Origin: Mobula hypostoma
Lineage: Eukaryota
NCBI RefSeq assembly: GCF_963921235.1
Contig: NC_086107.1
Coordinates: forward strand, 99,822,001 to 99,886,000
Length of the DNA: 64,000 nucleotides
Direction: 5' to 3'
The notes beneath the pieces were generated by a model. It was not told the origin of the DNA. It ran no database searches and saw nothing but the letters and a program-made list of their open reading frames with translations. Positions 62,367-64,000 of this stretch are shown piece by piece. A program made the translations under genes and the position numbers. The stretch's first letter is position 1. Each line of letters begins with the position of its first letter.

Positions 62367-63410
62367 CTGCAAAGAGAAATGAAGAGATGTTTTTATTCCA
62401 AAGGATGCACAGCAGCTGCCACTTGGGGGGGGGGGGTGGTTAAAGGAAAGGTGGGAAGGAACTCAATCGATGTGAGATAGTCCGAAAAGGCTGGGCTCCA
62501 ATCCCCAAAGAGGTTTGGAGCAGCTGATCTTTAAAATAAGTAAAAGGAATACAATTGACCATTATTCTTCAAATTGGCAGGAAATATTCCATCACCTGAC
62601 TGCCGGGAAGCTATGGTTAAATATCTTGATGGCTGGGCTCATGCAAGCCTGGTCACTGGAGTGAACCTTTAGCTGGGTGGCAGCTTTCCTACCTCTGAAT
62701 CCAAGTTGCAGTGGTGGAACTCCCTTCTGGAAGGTCTTAGTGAGAGGAGTACTGAGCTGGATGTCTTGGTGAATGGAGGAATGAGTTGGAGTTCTGGACT
62801 AGCTAATTGGACACTTTGGCTTGATAAGTTGACTTGAGCTGGGTAGCAGCATACACACCTCTGAATGAAAGGAGCAGTGGTGGAACTCCCTTCTGGAAGG
62901 TCTTAGCAAGTGGAGGATGGGTAGGACTTCTGGACCAGCTAAATGGATACAATGGTTTGATAAATTCACTGCATCCTCTCTGCACTGTATGTGAGAGACC
63001 ACACAACATCTTCCCATACCATCAAAAAAAAAGTTTAAATAATAACAAAAACTGAAAAAGAAACTCAGTAGGTCAGTCAAATCTTCATGTCTGTGACTCT
63101 TTCCCAGAAATGTTGATATTTCAGATTTCCACCATCTGTAGTTTTTTTTTGCATCTGTAATTATTTTCAGAATAACTTAGTTGTCGGTTAGAATGGAGGT
63201 GGTGCAGAGAGGATTTGTGACATGTTCCATCACTGTATTAGTCAGATTGAGGTTACATCCTCTGCAGGGTTTGAAAAAAAGTAGAACATACGGATATGAA
63301 CAGAACCACCACTGCACACTGCCAGTCTTAAATGATTTGCTGACCCACAAAGCGTACAAATTTAACCAGAAACTGTGGTTACTGGTTTTGTAGCATTCAG
63401 CATGTCTTAC

Positions 63411-63902
63411 CTCCACGTTCAGCTGAAAGGCCCGATTTGCCTCTTCCAGGATCCTTTGCTGCGTCTCTCCGACGGCTTCCAGCGTGTTCATGCGCGAGCG
63501 GTACAGCTGCTTGAACTTGTTTGCGCTGGTGATGCGGTCAAAGGTGAAGAAGGCGCTCCCCTCGCCCGTGCTCGGCAGCTGCAAAGCTTTCTGGGCCACC
63601 TTCTTCAGCACCTGCCCCCCCGACAGGTCACCCAGGTACCTGATGTAGGCGTGAGCGACCAGCAGCTCGGGCTCCTCGCGCCCCACGTGCTGGATCCGCC
63701 TCACGTATTTCTCAGTGGCCTTCGGACACTTAATGTGGCTCCTCCACTCCGGCCCATGGAAGCATTCCAGGTCCTTCTCCAAGGCTTCCTTCCGATTCAG
63801 TTCAGAGGGAAAGTAGACGGGGGCGAAGGCCGGGTGGTCCTTGTTCCGCTCGCTCTCCTCTTCCAGGGCAGTGTAGATGAAGTACAGAGAGTCCAGTAAC
63901 AG
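63411..63902 (-). CDS. HMOX1: Heme oxygenase 1, large catalytic exon (492 nt)
   Basis: [22 protein letters not shown] signature and [17 protein letters not shown] acceptor, GTAAGA donor. Lies upstream of MCM5 on the same strand, as human HMOX1 does. Confidence 0.92.
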
Positions 63903-64000
63903 CTGGAGTGGGGAGGGAAGCAAATGGCTGGTGAGCAAGGTTTATCTCATGACTGGAGCATCAACACAGGAGGGGACGGAGGGAGAGGGTAGAGCAGACA

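Noticed and set aside
62671..62935. CRISPR-like direct repeat
   Set aside because: There are only two copies, the context is a vertebrate intron, and no cas genes are present.

Overview
Vertebrate genomic DNA. The repeat content (V-SINE/HE1-type SINEs, CR1, Rex/Babar, Penelope, Tc1) points to a cartilaginous fish, probably a ray; this is inference. There are four genes, all on the minus strand. (1) First coding exon and CpG/CCAAT promoter of NDUFA6 (6401-6533); later exons were not found and probably lie left of the window. (2) An unrecognised three-exon gene (14799-17699) with phase-matched GT-AG introns and a poly(A) signal, encoding about 208 aa with a hydrophobic stretch and a coiled-coil-like C-terminus. 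(3) Complete MCM5: 16 coding exons, 22954-47439, 734 aa, with an E2F/CCAAT promoter. (4) The last three exons of a heme oxygenase, HMOX1 by synteny and lack of C-terminal CP motifs (61601-63902). Most remaining sequence is nested transposable elements. Notable non-genic observations are two decayed tRNA-Arg(CCU) copies in an MCM5 intron, minimal hammerhead-ribozyme motifs in Penelope termini, an inverted Penelope insertion with a 15-bp TSD and a G-rich expansion, nested hAT MITEs sharing a module with a Harbinger MITE, and a candidate solo LTR. No prokaryotic-type system such as CRISPR is present. All coordinates were read by hand and repeat boundaries are approximate.
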